A stretch of 63,438 nt of DNA, the filler included, from Parasitella parasitica NRRL 2501 (taxonomy: Eukaryota; Fungi; Mucoromycota), in NCBI GenBank assembly GCA_025201805.1. It is 12 parts of 12 records of this genome, joined end to end, with 100 filler letters (N's around TTAATTAATTAA, not from the genome) between each part and the next. Parts side by side here need not be neighbours in the genome. Positions count along the whole stretch, not along the records: positions 41,888 to 54,833 come from MU619440.1; positions 54,934 to 57,251 come from MU619569.1; positions 57,352 to 59,865 come from MU619480.1; positions 59,966 to 63,438 come from MU619294.1; 8 more parts are not named here. One strand, 5' to 3'. The first letter of the stretch is position 1; each line of letters starts with the position of its first letter. Made by a program: the position numbers and the translations under genes. Shown here piece by piece: positions 49,501 through 61,857 of the stretch. The notes under the pieces were generated by a model. The model made no database searches. It saw nothing but the letters and a program-made list of their open reading frames with translations, and was not told the origin of the DNA.

Positions 49501-51506
49501 TTAACTCCAAACATCTTCTTGATAACGGCCAGTAGTTCTCAGGTTCTTTACATAGTCCTGGGCCTTTTCTTCGTCAAGACCACCAAATTCTTGACCGAAG
49601 CGAACAAATGTTTGGTTGACATCGCGGGCCATGACCTTGGCATCACCACAAACATAGATATAAGCTCCCTTTTCCAATAATTCCCACATCTCGGGTCCAT
49701 TTTCCATCAAACGATGCTGAACGTACACTTTATGAGCAGTCTCGCGAGAGAATGCTGTAATGATACGAGATGAATTGCCCAAAGTCTCAAACAACTCGGG
49801 CCATTCCTCTTGGTACAAAAAGTCCTCAGCAGAGTTGCGACAGCCAAAGAAAAGGATAGTGGATCCAACAGGTTTACCTTCCTTCTTTTGAAGAGCGCGT
49901 TCCCTAACAAATCCACGGAACGGCGCAACACCAGTACCAGGGCCTACCATGATGATGGGCACAGTGGGGTTTCTAGGCAACTTGAACTGAGAGCGACGGA
50001 CATGTACAGGGACACGAGTCACCTTGGATTCATTATCGTAGAGACAGTTGCGAGGGCCAGTGATGCTGTAGTGAGGATAAGAGGTATCAGGCTCAATGCC
50101 ATTGATGAATTCATGGAGACGCCAGAGATAATTTGTATTGACGCCATAGACCGTACGAGGAGAAGAGACTTCAGGCGTGTATTGAAGGGTGACAGCCGTA
50201 ACTGTGATTTTCTTGGGGCTTTCTTTGGATGACGAAGAAATGGAATAGTAGCGAGGCTGAAGACGAGAGATGCTTTCTACAATCAGGTCAAAAGGAACTG
50301 CAGAGAAGCTACCATTCACATCCAAAGACTCTGATTCAGCCAGCATTTCCAGCACTTCGCCCAGATTGCGAGTAACATCACCCACACGCACACGATACTC
50401 ATCTTTATCTGTAGCCAGCTTGCGCAAGATGTCCTTTGATTTCTCTGTAGGCGCATACTCTATCAGAGACATCAACGTTTGACGAGAAACAGCAGCACAA
50501 ATATCGAGATAATGGCGGAAAATGGCACGGTATGTGGTGGGAACAGGGAACGGGAATTTCTTTGAGGCTGCAGCATCAATTGCTTGAACGCGGATAACAG
50601 TGTCGAGTTTGTCAGATAAACCAAGAACCTTGGCAATTCTTTCGATTTCGACTTCGTTGTTTGTGGGCCAAATTGCAACGTGATCACCGGTTTGGTAAGT
50701 CAAGTTGGAGTCAGATATATCGATTTCCATATGAAGACAGTGGCGATCTCCACCCTTAAACAAGTCTTTGGACGTAATAGGAGCATTGTATGGGCGTTTA
50801 GCATCATAGACGACTAGACTAATATATATATATATATACATACACATATCATTTAATACCGATATTTCTCTTTGCACTTATTTACTTACGCTCCTTCCTT
50901 GAGCCATTCACTCAATTCGCCAACATAGATCTTTGCTCTATCAAATTCTGTCAACTCCTCAACAGAAAAGGATGCTTGTCTTGGGCCTGACGCAGCGCTA
51001 GTTTCATCAACGCCCATAGCCTCGCAGAATGCAGGCCACATTTGTTCTTGCCATGCCAAGAAATCTTCCTCTAACGAGCCATCGTCATCACCTTCACCAC
51101 GCTCACCGATTCTCTTTGCCCCCATAGCAGTTAAACGTTTGTCGACATTTCTGATGACTTCGTTATAATGTTCATATGTTTTGTTACCAAGACCAAATGC
51201 GACGTAACGTACGTTCTTTAATGGGGCTTCCTCGTCTTCGCTTTCAGAGAATTGAGGTTGCTCCTCTGAAACCAGATCCCAGAAATCAACAGCATTATCC
51301 GTGGGTTCACCTTCACCGTAAGTTGCCATGACAAAGAAGACCATGAAATCTTCAGGAACAGTATCCAGGTAGCTCATGTCGTACAACTCAATATCAGCAG
51401 CCATGGAGCTGATGCCGTATTTTTGTGAACACTCTTTGGCGAGACGGGAAGCATAATCTTCGGCTGTGCCTGTCTGAGAGCCATAAAAGAAGATGACTCT
51501 TCGTCC
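49501..51506 (-). CDS. CPR: NADPH-cytochrome P450 reductase; 5' exon(s) lost in the N gap 51565-51847
   Basis: FYGSQTGTAEDYA, ATYGEGEPTDNA, FGLGNKTYEHYN, RYYSISSS, GPGTGVAPFRGF, YVCGDAK, RYQEDVWS. Confidence 0.95.
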
Positions 51507-53820
51507 CTGATAAATTTATAAATAAATTAGATGGATGTAATAATCAATATTTTCGGTCGCTTTTNNNNNNNNNNNNNNNNNNNNNNNNNNNNNNNNNNNN
51601 NNNNNNNNNNNNNNNNNNNNNNNNNNNNNNNNNNNNNNNNNNNNNNNNNNNNNNNNNNNNNNNNNNNNNNNNNNNNNNNNNNNNNNNNNNNNNNNNNNNN
51701 NNNNNNNNNNNNNNNNNNNNNNNNNNNNNNNNNNNNNNNNNNNNNNNNNNNNNNNNNNNNNNNNNNNNNNNNNNNNNNNNNNNNNNNNNNNNNNNNNNNN
51801 NNNNNNNNNNNNNNNNNNNNNNNNNNNNNNNNNNNNNNNNNNNNNNNAAAAAAAAAAAAAAGAAAAAAAAAAAAAAAAAAAAGAAAAAAGGGGGACACAG
51901 CAAGGGCTTGCTTTTATATATTAATTTGTTTATTCCATGTCGCAAATCAAAACACTCCCCCCACAATATATTCGGCCAATATGAGCCCGATTGGATACTT
52001 CTTTCACATGTGTTTTAATGAACTCGGCTATTCCTGGTGACGTTTTAGCATCAGTCAAATGCTGATGATGAAAACGAATAATAAAAGATTGTGTCATTTC
52101 TATTCATTCAGAATGTATTGAGCTAATATATGCAACATAATTTGACTACTCTGGTTTTTGGATAAAATGGAAAAGCGGTTCAACACTTGGCAATGTTTAT
52201 GAGAACGGACACGGACGATGTGATGGATTGGGAAAAAGTAAACTTCTATCACTCAGCAACGCTAACCCGTCTTTTTACTCGAAAACGAGGTTCAAAGCAA
52301 ATGTTGACTGAAACAATAATGAACGGAAAACTGCTCTTGATAGGGCAAAATTGCTGAATACTGCCAATTCTGGTAGCGTAGTGGGCTTCGAAACTCAAAG
52401 AGGACAAAAGACCGGAATATCTTTGAAAAGCAAACTAACAGTTGATAGATCAACAACACAGCTTGAAGAGAGGCGCAAAGTTCATTAAACTGACCTTTAC
52501 CATGATAGCTCTCAAGCCCAAGCCGTAGACGCAATCGCTTTGCTGAAAATTTTAGAAGTTTGCGGGGGTTTACGCTAAAGGAAACAAATGTCAGAAACTT
52601 CTTTAAAAACTGAATAGAACCTTTCATATTGAAAAAAAATTACCCGCCATCCAGCTCCTCGAAACAATTCAACTAAAATTGTAAAATGCGTAGTGGTGGG
52701 TCTAAAAGAAGAAACAAACAGATGCTGACTACCTTGAAAACTGCTATACACGGATCAGGACTATGAAGTTTGTTGTTTGAGAAAAGCTTGAGCTTGCAAA
52801 ACAGTTAGGAGTCTACATGCACCTTCGAGAAGCATAAAAGAACATTCTACATTGACTGAATTTAGCAGTGGATTGCTTTCAATAATTTGAAGTATTGTCA
52901 ACGAACTTTTTATCTTATACATACTCCTTTTTTTTTTGTCCGATGCCTTCTGATTGCAGCTACAATAGCTCTTTGCGATCTTGGCACTACAACAATTGAT
53001 ATATTTACTTTATGGTTAAAAAAAAAAAAAAGGTGGCACTGTTCATTTCTCATTGAAATTGTATAGCATAAAAGCGATGCGGACCCTTGGTGGCATCAAC
53101 TCACAAAGGGTTGACAGTAACCCAAGCCATTTGAAGCTTCTTCGTTATCCGCAATTCTTCATCATTCACAAGTTGACACAAACGCCAAGACGCTTCAATT
53201 GTTTTCAAATTGACAAAAGATGTTAATTCCTCCGATGAACATAGAAGGGCAAACATGTTATGCCAAATCTCGATATGGGCAGAGCAGACGATTATATATG
53301 AAGATTATTTCAAGTTATTAGCGATTTTATTCATTGTTGATAAGAAGTTGTCTACATATATAGAAAAGCTCTACATCCGTCAATCTTAGGATACAATCAG
53401 ATCATGTCGTCTGGCTAATTGTCATCAGAGCAAACCCTATTTATTATAATTAATCAGCGTAATCATTATGAATAAGATTTATTTATTGATAAGTTTAGCT
53501 TCGTAATTCAGATTGAGCAGACCCCAAATAGATTGTTTCTTATACAAGCCATTCTATTGATTAATTCTATTTGCTATATTGAATAATCAGCGAGAAATTC
53601 AACCTTGGGCCTGATCAGGAACTGTTATCATGACAATTGAGTTGAAGTGGTGGTAACCATGGTATTTTACGGATACAACAAGTTAATTATAAAACGTTTT
53701 TGCGCATAACTTCTGACAGAGGCATCTCTTAGTGAAACTCAAGTTCTGTTCAGAGAGCGATGATCATGCCTGTTCTCATGGCGCATAAGTCAAGCTTTAT
53801 TTTAGTCTTCTTCATCAAGC

Positions 53821-54460
53821 TGACTTTTTATCAGAAAAGCTTTATAGAAATTAATCACCCAAAGATCCGCTTATTATATTCAAAAATCAAATGTTTATAC
53901 CATTGGATACAAAAAAAAAAGAGAAAAACCAGATGTTAACGAGATACGAAAGCTTTTTGATACTTTATCAAAGATCGAAATTGCATCTGCTATTTTTACC
54001 TTTTACAACTACATAAATTTATGGTGGCTCATTTAGATTACTAGTTGATGAGGCTAATTCACAGTGACAATCTACTTGACAGGGTACGGTGTAAGGTTAT
54101 ATAACAAGGGCTACACGTCTTTGATTTGGCAGTGCCTTAACCTTTATGCTGGTGCTCAGATCTGTGATATTTCAAGAATAACCTTCTTGATTTGAAACAG
54201 AGACTTTATTCTCCAGTTTACACAAACGTATCGTATCACATCATTGAACAATCTTCAATCTTCAATTGAAGTCCACTGCCATGGTCTCCTATCTCTAATT
54301 ATGGCAGATCATATACGCTCTCTGCTAACTGACGGAAGCGATGTGAGATTAAGGCTTTAGCGATGAGATCTTGGAGATAGGGTAGATTGTACCACATCAT
54401 GTCATATTATTTTATTATATGATCTTTTACTCTTTAGTATGGTTTTATATTTTATTGATT
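53821..54460. mobile_element. Family B LTR interrupted by a family A solo LTR (53901-54311, - strand)
   Basis: Inner element is the reverse complement of 962-1372 with TSD TATAC at 53896-53900 and 54312-54316; outer flanks align to ~1615-1843. Confidence 0.85.
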
Positions 54461-54933
54461 AATAGATCGCTGCTGATTAAATATAAAGAATAGTAATATT
54501 GAACGATGTAGATGGCGTAACTGAAAGCATTATTAGTTGGATCATGGATCCAAAGTACATTATATAATGCTTGTTGTGAACCAGCTATACGTTCAATGTA
54601 AGTACTCCCATGCCGATTGTCTATATTCAAACAAAGTGGATAGATTATGATGTATTTTCTAGTTGTGTTTATTATGTTTTTTATTTTTATTTTTCTCGTA
54701 AAATCTACTAAAATATATAAAAAAAGTACTGAAAAATTGTAAATCACGATTAATTTGGCTAAGTCAACCCCTAAATCCTAAAAACAAAAAAACAGGGTTT
54801 CCCCCTGTTTTGATGTTAGGCGGAGCTTGAAATNNNNNNNNNNNNNNNNNNNNNNNNNNNNNNNNNNNNNNNNNNNNTTAATTAATTAANNNNNNNNNNN
54901 NNNNNNNNNNNNNNNNNNNNNNNNNNNNNNNNN

Positions 54934-57185
54934 TATAAAAAACTCATAATGGGTCCGTCCAAAATATAAAAAACCTATAATAGGTCCGTCCATTTAAGCT
55001 GTCGGCCCGTCCAAAATAAAATGTGTGTTCGTCCAGCCAAATTAAAAAAAACCTATAATGTGTGCGTCCAAGCCAAGATAAAAAAAAGGTGCCTTCACAG
55101 AAAAGTAATAAACGAATTACGCCACGTTTCTTTACTTTTCATTTTTCTTTGGAACAAATGTCTCACGAAAATTGCTTACAATGCGAAGAAAAAGTTTCTT
55201 CCAAGAAACATAAATATGAATACCATCTCCAGACGGTAGACGTACAAGTAGGAAAAGGTATGCAAATATTAAAGGTCTTATGAAATGTGTGCTAAATTCT
55301 TCAGTAGAGACTATTATTTGCGATAGAAACGAGAATGGTGAATTCATTTGCCCATTATGTTCGCGTCTTTACATTACTACTTCGTCAATCAGTAAGCATC
55401 TCCGAAATATACACAACAAGGAAGAGGAAAAACATGGTGTTGACGAGGAAGAGGAGCTCTGTTTGACAGTAGTACCGCGTTCATCACAACCTGTAATTGC
55501 TGAAAAGCAGATTGAAGTAACCAGCCCAACTTTTCGTAATAATAACAATGCAATTTTAAATGCAAGTGGGTTAATACACCGAAGCCGTCATGAACAAGTA
55601 TCGTCTTTGAAAATAATAAGGGCTTTAGATTTGGAGCCTTTTGCATTTGTTGATTCAAATAATAACGAAGAAAATGCACTGGCACATAAAGATGTTATAA
55701 ACAAAATTATAGGAATGAAACAACCACCACAGATCCAACATTGTTCACCAGTCAAAAGAAAATGCGAGTGTCTGGGAGAAAGCAGTAATGATTGTCAAGT
55801 TTCAGGAAGTATTAGCCTTCAAAACATAATCGCAAGTAGTTACATGCATAAATATTTGAATGGAAAAAAATATTTCGAGATGGACGACGATACATGCAAA
55901 TTACTAAATAACGACTGGGCTTTTCGGCCTCAAATGCGATTTTTCTGCACCCGTGTTCTTTCAGGGGCTATACTGGTCAATAGAATGACTGGTGAAACAC
56001 TCCTCATCAACACAATTGAAGTATATGGACGTTTTAGAACGATCGACAGTCATTATGAAAGATTTAACATAAAAAAAAATATGTTTCCACCAAATTCTTT
56101 ACCACTAAACAATGCTAGATACAAAAACCTTTGTTTAAAGACAGTAAGAGATCCGGATGGCGTAAAACTGCTGGTGGGAACGAAAGTATTTAATGGTTTA
56201 GTAACTTCGAGCACAAGAATTGACAGAGACCTACTTCCGGAAGTAGGGCCAACAACGTCAAACTTTGTATTAAACGGAGAAGATGCTGGGATGATTGAAA
56301 TATACATTGACGAAACAGCATGGTACGATGCAAAAAAATTGGCAGAAGACGAATCAGCGCAAGAAGTTTATTCATTCAATATCCTTTACAAATTGAGGCA
56401 ACTTCGATCAAAATTTCATCAATATTCCACATATTTTAGCAGTAGAGGAAGCTCGACTGATACTAATGATCATATAATGCAGCCTTACACAATATGGACA
56501 TACTGCAACTTTGATAGTCAAAATGATGAATATTCTGATGGAAGAATAGCCTCAAAACTATTTCATAACATTGCTATTCGAGTTATAAAATACCAGGAAG
56601 CAGCCACGGTTGAAGAAAAGATGATACAGAATCTTGTTTCGCAATGTAAGGGTGAGAAAGTAAAAGAATGCATGGAGAAAATACTTGATTTGTTTGATGA
56701 ATCAAAACAAATCAAGATAATTGAAAACAAAGTATTGAATGATGAATTGTGTAAACTTGCAATTATTTTAAACCCTTACATTGCAAATGCGAACAATAAT
56801 GTGATGAAATCAATTTCGATTTCAATTAAAAGGACATAGATTCAGTCAGTTACAAATATTTTAGTATGCCATTCCAGTGTAACAGGTATGTTGGTTAAAT
56901 ATCATTGCATCCATTTTTATTACTACGTCCATTTTTTCGAATAAAGTATCAAGTTTTAAACAGTTCTCCTATTTCTATCACCAAATGCTTACAGATGTTG
57001 AATAAAGAAATAATAGAATTTTTACAATATTTTTGTTTGACTGGACGGACACATGATGCCTCTTTATATTTTGGCTGAACGAACAGTTTGGACAGCCTAA
57101 ATAGACGGACAGCCTAAATGGACGGACGCATTATAGGTTTTTTATATTTTGGCTGAACGGACAGCTTGGACGGACACATTATACC
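54934..57185. mobile_element. Putative DNA-transposon-like element with inverted subterminal repeat arrays carrying a single non-transposase gene
   Basis: Left array of (TATAATG/AG)GTCCGTCCA motifs at 54934-55080; inverted array of TGGACGGAC(ACATTATA) motifs at 57040-57185; right end reads GGTATAATGTGTCCGTCC on -. Confidence 0.7.
55158..56839 (+). CDS. C2H2 zinc-finger protein with an uncharacterised EVYGR domain (possible AAG/MPG-like glycosylase fold), 2 exons
   Basis: Exons 55158-55257 and 55305-56839 in frame; FICPLCSRLY...SISKHLRNIH finger; C-terminal ~340 aa colinear with 61858-63221. Confidence 0.75.
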
Positions 57186-57351
57186 TTTTAGATGCGACAC
57201 TACTTTCCTGAATTGTGTAATACCCTTTTCTAAAAACAAACGATACTGTTTNNNNNNNNNNNNNNNNNNNNNNNNNNNNNNNNNNNNNNNNNNNNTTAAT
57301 TAATTAANNNNNNNNNNNNNNNNNNNNNNNNNNNNNNNNNNNNNNNNNNNN

Positions 57352-59865
57352 AAAACTCATCTCCAATCTGTACGCGGTCATTTGTTGAGACTTATCGAAT
57401 TTAGAGAAATCGTTCTCCAAATAAGTTGGAGCCGACACGCCACCACTAACCAACGAACCATATACCTCATGTTGATTGAGAAATTCCTGAATTTGATCTT
57501 TGTTTTTCTGCATGTGGACCAAAGTCTTTGGGTTCAAAGAAGCCAAGAATCTATCTCTTAGTTCAGAAAAAGGGGAGGAAAAAATACCAGTCATGAATTT
57601 ATTTAAATGAGCTATAGTGGAAGCGATATTTTGTTCGTCTAAAGCAGACATATCCAACTTTGGTTTCAACTCAGCTTTTTGAGTGAGAGTGTAATCGTTA
57701 CAACACTGCCTAAATATATTGTTAGGTAATTCCGCAGCTCGTTCGACAACCCTCAAAGCGGATTCATCGAGTTTCGAAGCCCATTCGTCGAAGTGTTGTT
57801 TGTTCCATCGTACCGGATTTCTACGGTTGTACTCGGCAAACTCCAGTATGTCATGTTTACCAAACAATTCAGAAAACCTCAGCATACATTTGTTGAACAC
57901 CAAGGCAACGTTCTGGGGAGCCTCCAAGTCGGGACAAGCTAAATTACGTTTGTTGGAAGCAAGCAAAGTATTTCGTAAGGTTTGAGCAGCTACCATCGAC
58001 AAGAAACTTCTGATCTTGGAAAGGTAAACGGGTTAATCTTTGGGACCAGACAATTTAGTTAAATTCAACTCCAGATGTTTACTGTCAACGGGCAAGTCCA
58101 AATCGCTATAGTGTATCTTAGATTGATCGTGTAGGTAATCTTGAACGGACACACCAGGAAAAGCCATATCCACAGCATTTTGCATGTTAGAAGCGTGGTT
58201 GGAATTGAAGGTCTCAGGGCAGACAGAGGATCCTGTAGGAGCACCGATACCAACGGAAACGGGAACCGCCACCACAGGAGCAACAGCTGGTACGGAATCT
58301 TGACCAGAAGTGTTGGACACCAACAAAGACACAGCTTTACGACCCGTGTCGGACAAGAAGAAATGAACTGGTGCCAACTTATACTTCACTGCAAACACTT
58401 TGTTATGGGACACCAGAGACTGAAGATCTTCACCAGAAATATCGTAACGAGAACCTGTATTTCCAAAGCGACTCACAACATGGGTGATACCACCCAAAGG
58501 TCTAGATAGGGCGGGTCTAGACGTAGAAGCGACCAACACACCATCTTCTATAAACAAGTAAACCATAGATTTGGTCAACCCAGCAAATAAAGACAGTTTT
58601 CGTTTCAAACCGCAAACGAGCAATGGTGAATCTACAGGGGAAGAATGAACGTCAGACAAGGCTAAAGAAGACGAAATGAAGGAATCACTGGAAGGACAAA
58701 CAGAGGACTCAACAACATCGAGCTTTCGCGGAGACACAGATCGATATTCAGAATTCGGAGGGTTCAATCTAAGCAGTTCAGCCACTAATTTAGTGGACAT
58801 CGGACACAACTCACATGATAACCCGGGTTTAGACACAAGCAAAAGCATACGAACATTGACATACCAATGGCTATTGGCGCCTTCCGCGTGTGGTAAAAAA
58901 ACCAAATGCGTAAACGAGACGTCCGGCGACGTGATATCGGATACGGCATCCAGTTTCAATTCACCATCTTTAAATCTACAAAAGGACGCAGAATATTCAT
59001 TAACGGTAGTCTCAGGCAAATCAACTGCATCGGGGCAGATAAACCGTTCGTCGCCTAAACGACGATTCAAGTCTTGCAAACACTCTTCGCCATCCACGAT
59101 CGTCTTCAACATTGATGAGGATACCGGATCGGAAACGAGGTTAGAAGTGAATTCTTCCATTAAGTCTGGAAGGTCGTGAACCTCAAACAAGTATTCCAAA
59201 TCGGAGTAATGTGGTAGGATAGAATCCAACGAATTCTCTCGGTAACTTTCAAATTCAGGTATGGAACGCCCGCATTGAAAGCAAGCGGGTCGAGAAGACC
59301 AACTTAAATCACCAAACATAGCACAGGAAGTGCACCAATTGAGATCGGTTCTGTTTCGAATCAAGTTGAATATGTACCATAAAATCCTCTCAGATGCAGG
59401 AACTCTGCGCAACAAAACAGTCATAGGGTCATCTCGGTTGGTAGCGTACGAATATCTAAGATTGGATTTAGACATATCCTGATATTCTTCAGATCCGACG
59501 AATTTAGATAACTTATGTTTAACGCGTGCATATTCGAATTGCCAACCTCGGGAAACACACAAATTGGTCCACTGGTCGACGCTGTATTCTCTAGAACGAT
59601 TCAGAAAACTAACAAACTTATACAAAGCATACTCCATCCTGGCAGACATATTAAATTTTATCTGATCGAATTTTACGAAATGACCGTAACCTTGAGTAGG
59701 GGAGTAATTTTCTACCACGGTACCGTTGGGACGAGTAAGGGACATAGTAACGTTTCCCAAAGAGTATTTTTCAACAACTTCGAAGTAACCACAAGTAGGA
59801 ACAACGTCAAAACAATAATGCATCTTTCCAGATTCCAGCTTGTTCTTTGCCCAACTAGTGACACC
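57352..59865 (-). other. RNA-virus replicase fragment (alpha-like supergroup, RdRP_2 / virga-tobamo-like), probable endogenous viral element
   Basis: One frame spans all 2514 nt except a TAA at 58033-58035; MQNAVDMAFPG, LLASNKRNLACPDL, KAELKPKLD, QNIASTIAH, IFSSPFSELRDRF, YLENDFSKFDKSQ (motif A); no introns; less AT-rich than host intergenic DNA. Confidence 0.88.
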
Positions 59866-60781
59866 NNNNNNNNNNNNNNNNNNNNNNNNNNNNNNNNNNN
59901 NNNNNNNNNTTAATTAATTAANNNNNNNNNNNNNNNNNNNNNNNNNNNNNNNNNNNNNNNNNNNNGATAATTTAACATTGTTCTTCCTAAACCCGTTTTA
60001 TGCGTGATGCATATAAAGCAATTTGTGTGCATTTTGTACTAGAACAGTTTATGCATATGATGTCAAGTCTTAATTATCTTGATATCATTTGTGGTCAAAT
60101 ACGAAGTAGTGGTTAAGCCTACCGTATATCTGGTTTTGATATAATGTACTCTACAAGTCCGTACATTATCTGTTACATGTCCTGTCGTATTTGAGACAGT
60201 TGATAGACTAATTTGAGAAGGAATTCAGGTTGAAATGATTAAATAAATAAAAAAACCTAATTATATTCTGACGAGCAAGGCTGTCAAAATATAAAAAGAA
60301 TTGAAACTATAAAAAGTACATTGGTTGAGTTAGACAAATATATTTTAATTCGTGGAAATGCACTGTAGATTAATGCATGAATTAAAATAATATAAAAAGG
60401 AATAATATAAAACATAATGTTTCAAGTGGTTGATCTCAATGTAAGCTTAGCTACCTTCCATTGAGTAAAGAACAGATTAACCTCTATCGAGACAAATGCT
60501 TATTATTATTGCTTCCATACTATATAGTTCAGACTATATAATAAAGGCTTGTGCACAGACATTTGTAGAGTGTACGACCTTACAAACAAATAGATAATTT
60601 AGAAGTTCGTTTTATGCAACTAGGCTAAATTCCTATTTGTGATAAAAGTAGTCCTAAGACATAAAGGGCTTGCTTACTTTTATGGTCATAACTGTTCTAA
60701 CATTAAAACTCATCAATCAGTACTATTATTGCATTAAGCCTTGATACCGGATTTAAAACCATAATGACAAATATCAATTAA

Positions 60782-60835
60782 AAGGATAGAAATATCCACT
60801 GACAAAGGATAGAAATATCCACTGACAAAGGATAT
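60782..60835 (+). repeat. 23-bp tandem duplication (x2.3) inside a possible LTR-like segment (60638-61118)
   Basis: AAAGGATAGAAATATCCACTGAC twice plus a partial copy; TGTGATA...TATCACA ends but no TSD. Confidence 0.7.
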
Positions 60836-61857
60836 TTCTTGGATTGCGAGTCTAGTATTGGACATCATTATATGATGACCCAGCGGAATATAGCAACAGC
60901 TAAACTAAGCCGATGCACGGAATTCCAAAGAAGCAAAAGCAATGTCGATGTTTCAATTCGGGACAAAGAACTTAAATCTTATAAATAGGACGACACGCAG
61001 TAGTAGTAGAAGTCTCTTTCTCTTTTATTTTCAGAATAAAATTGACTATAAGTTCTTTGTCATTAATTCTTGTATTTTATTTACCTTATCTTTATACATA
61101 TATAAGTCAAATATCACATGTCCTTTCGATCATATAACATGATTTCATAAATATGCATAGTTTGACATGTCAAATGATAATGATCCGTTCTTATCCTTCA
61201 TGAGTTAGCTAGGCTCATGGAGGAATCATTATTTTCCTACATCTATCTCCTAGGTCATATTTAATATAACGTTAATTGAATGTGAATGATGATTCCTAAT
61301 GGTGTATACTGAAAGTATACTCCAGTGTTCAATTAACAGATGTGCAACACTTTTTATTATAAATTCGATAATATTTATATTTATTTCATTCATATTTAAA
61401 CGTTTCCCTTTCAGTATATTATTATTTATAATATACTACCCCTCAAATACGACAGGGGGATATCTTACCAAAAAAAAAAGGTCAAGACGGTATAAAAGAC
61501 TCGTTATGCGGCTAGTGCACATTATTGGTTCAGATTATGATAAGAGGTTAGACCCTTATGTACCTCGTGGCTTATTCACTTTAGCTTATACTATATACCT
61601 ATGAATCTCTTGCAAAAGTTTTACATACCCACCTACTATTTTGATAAATGTACCACGCGTTTTTTTTATTAAATGTTCGAGCATGATAAAGAATTTAGGG
61701 TTGGTCGAGTTTGAAACCTGTATTAACTGTACTATATTTTATTTTTTAACGAATAGCTTTCAATAATAAACAATGATGATAAAAGGTATTGTATGATGTG
61801 AGGTGGAAGAGGGAGTGAAATGGGTAATCATTTAATAAGAAGGGCGGTTTACTACAA

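Noticed and set aside
16772-51506. P450 fusion plus CPR as a metabolic gene cluster
   Set aside because: They are on different contigs separated by several linkers.
52050-53300. Degenerate coding remnant upstream of CPR
   Set aside because: No frame with a recognisable motif; cannot be supported without a search.
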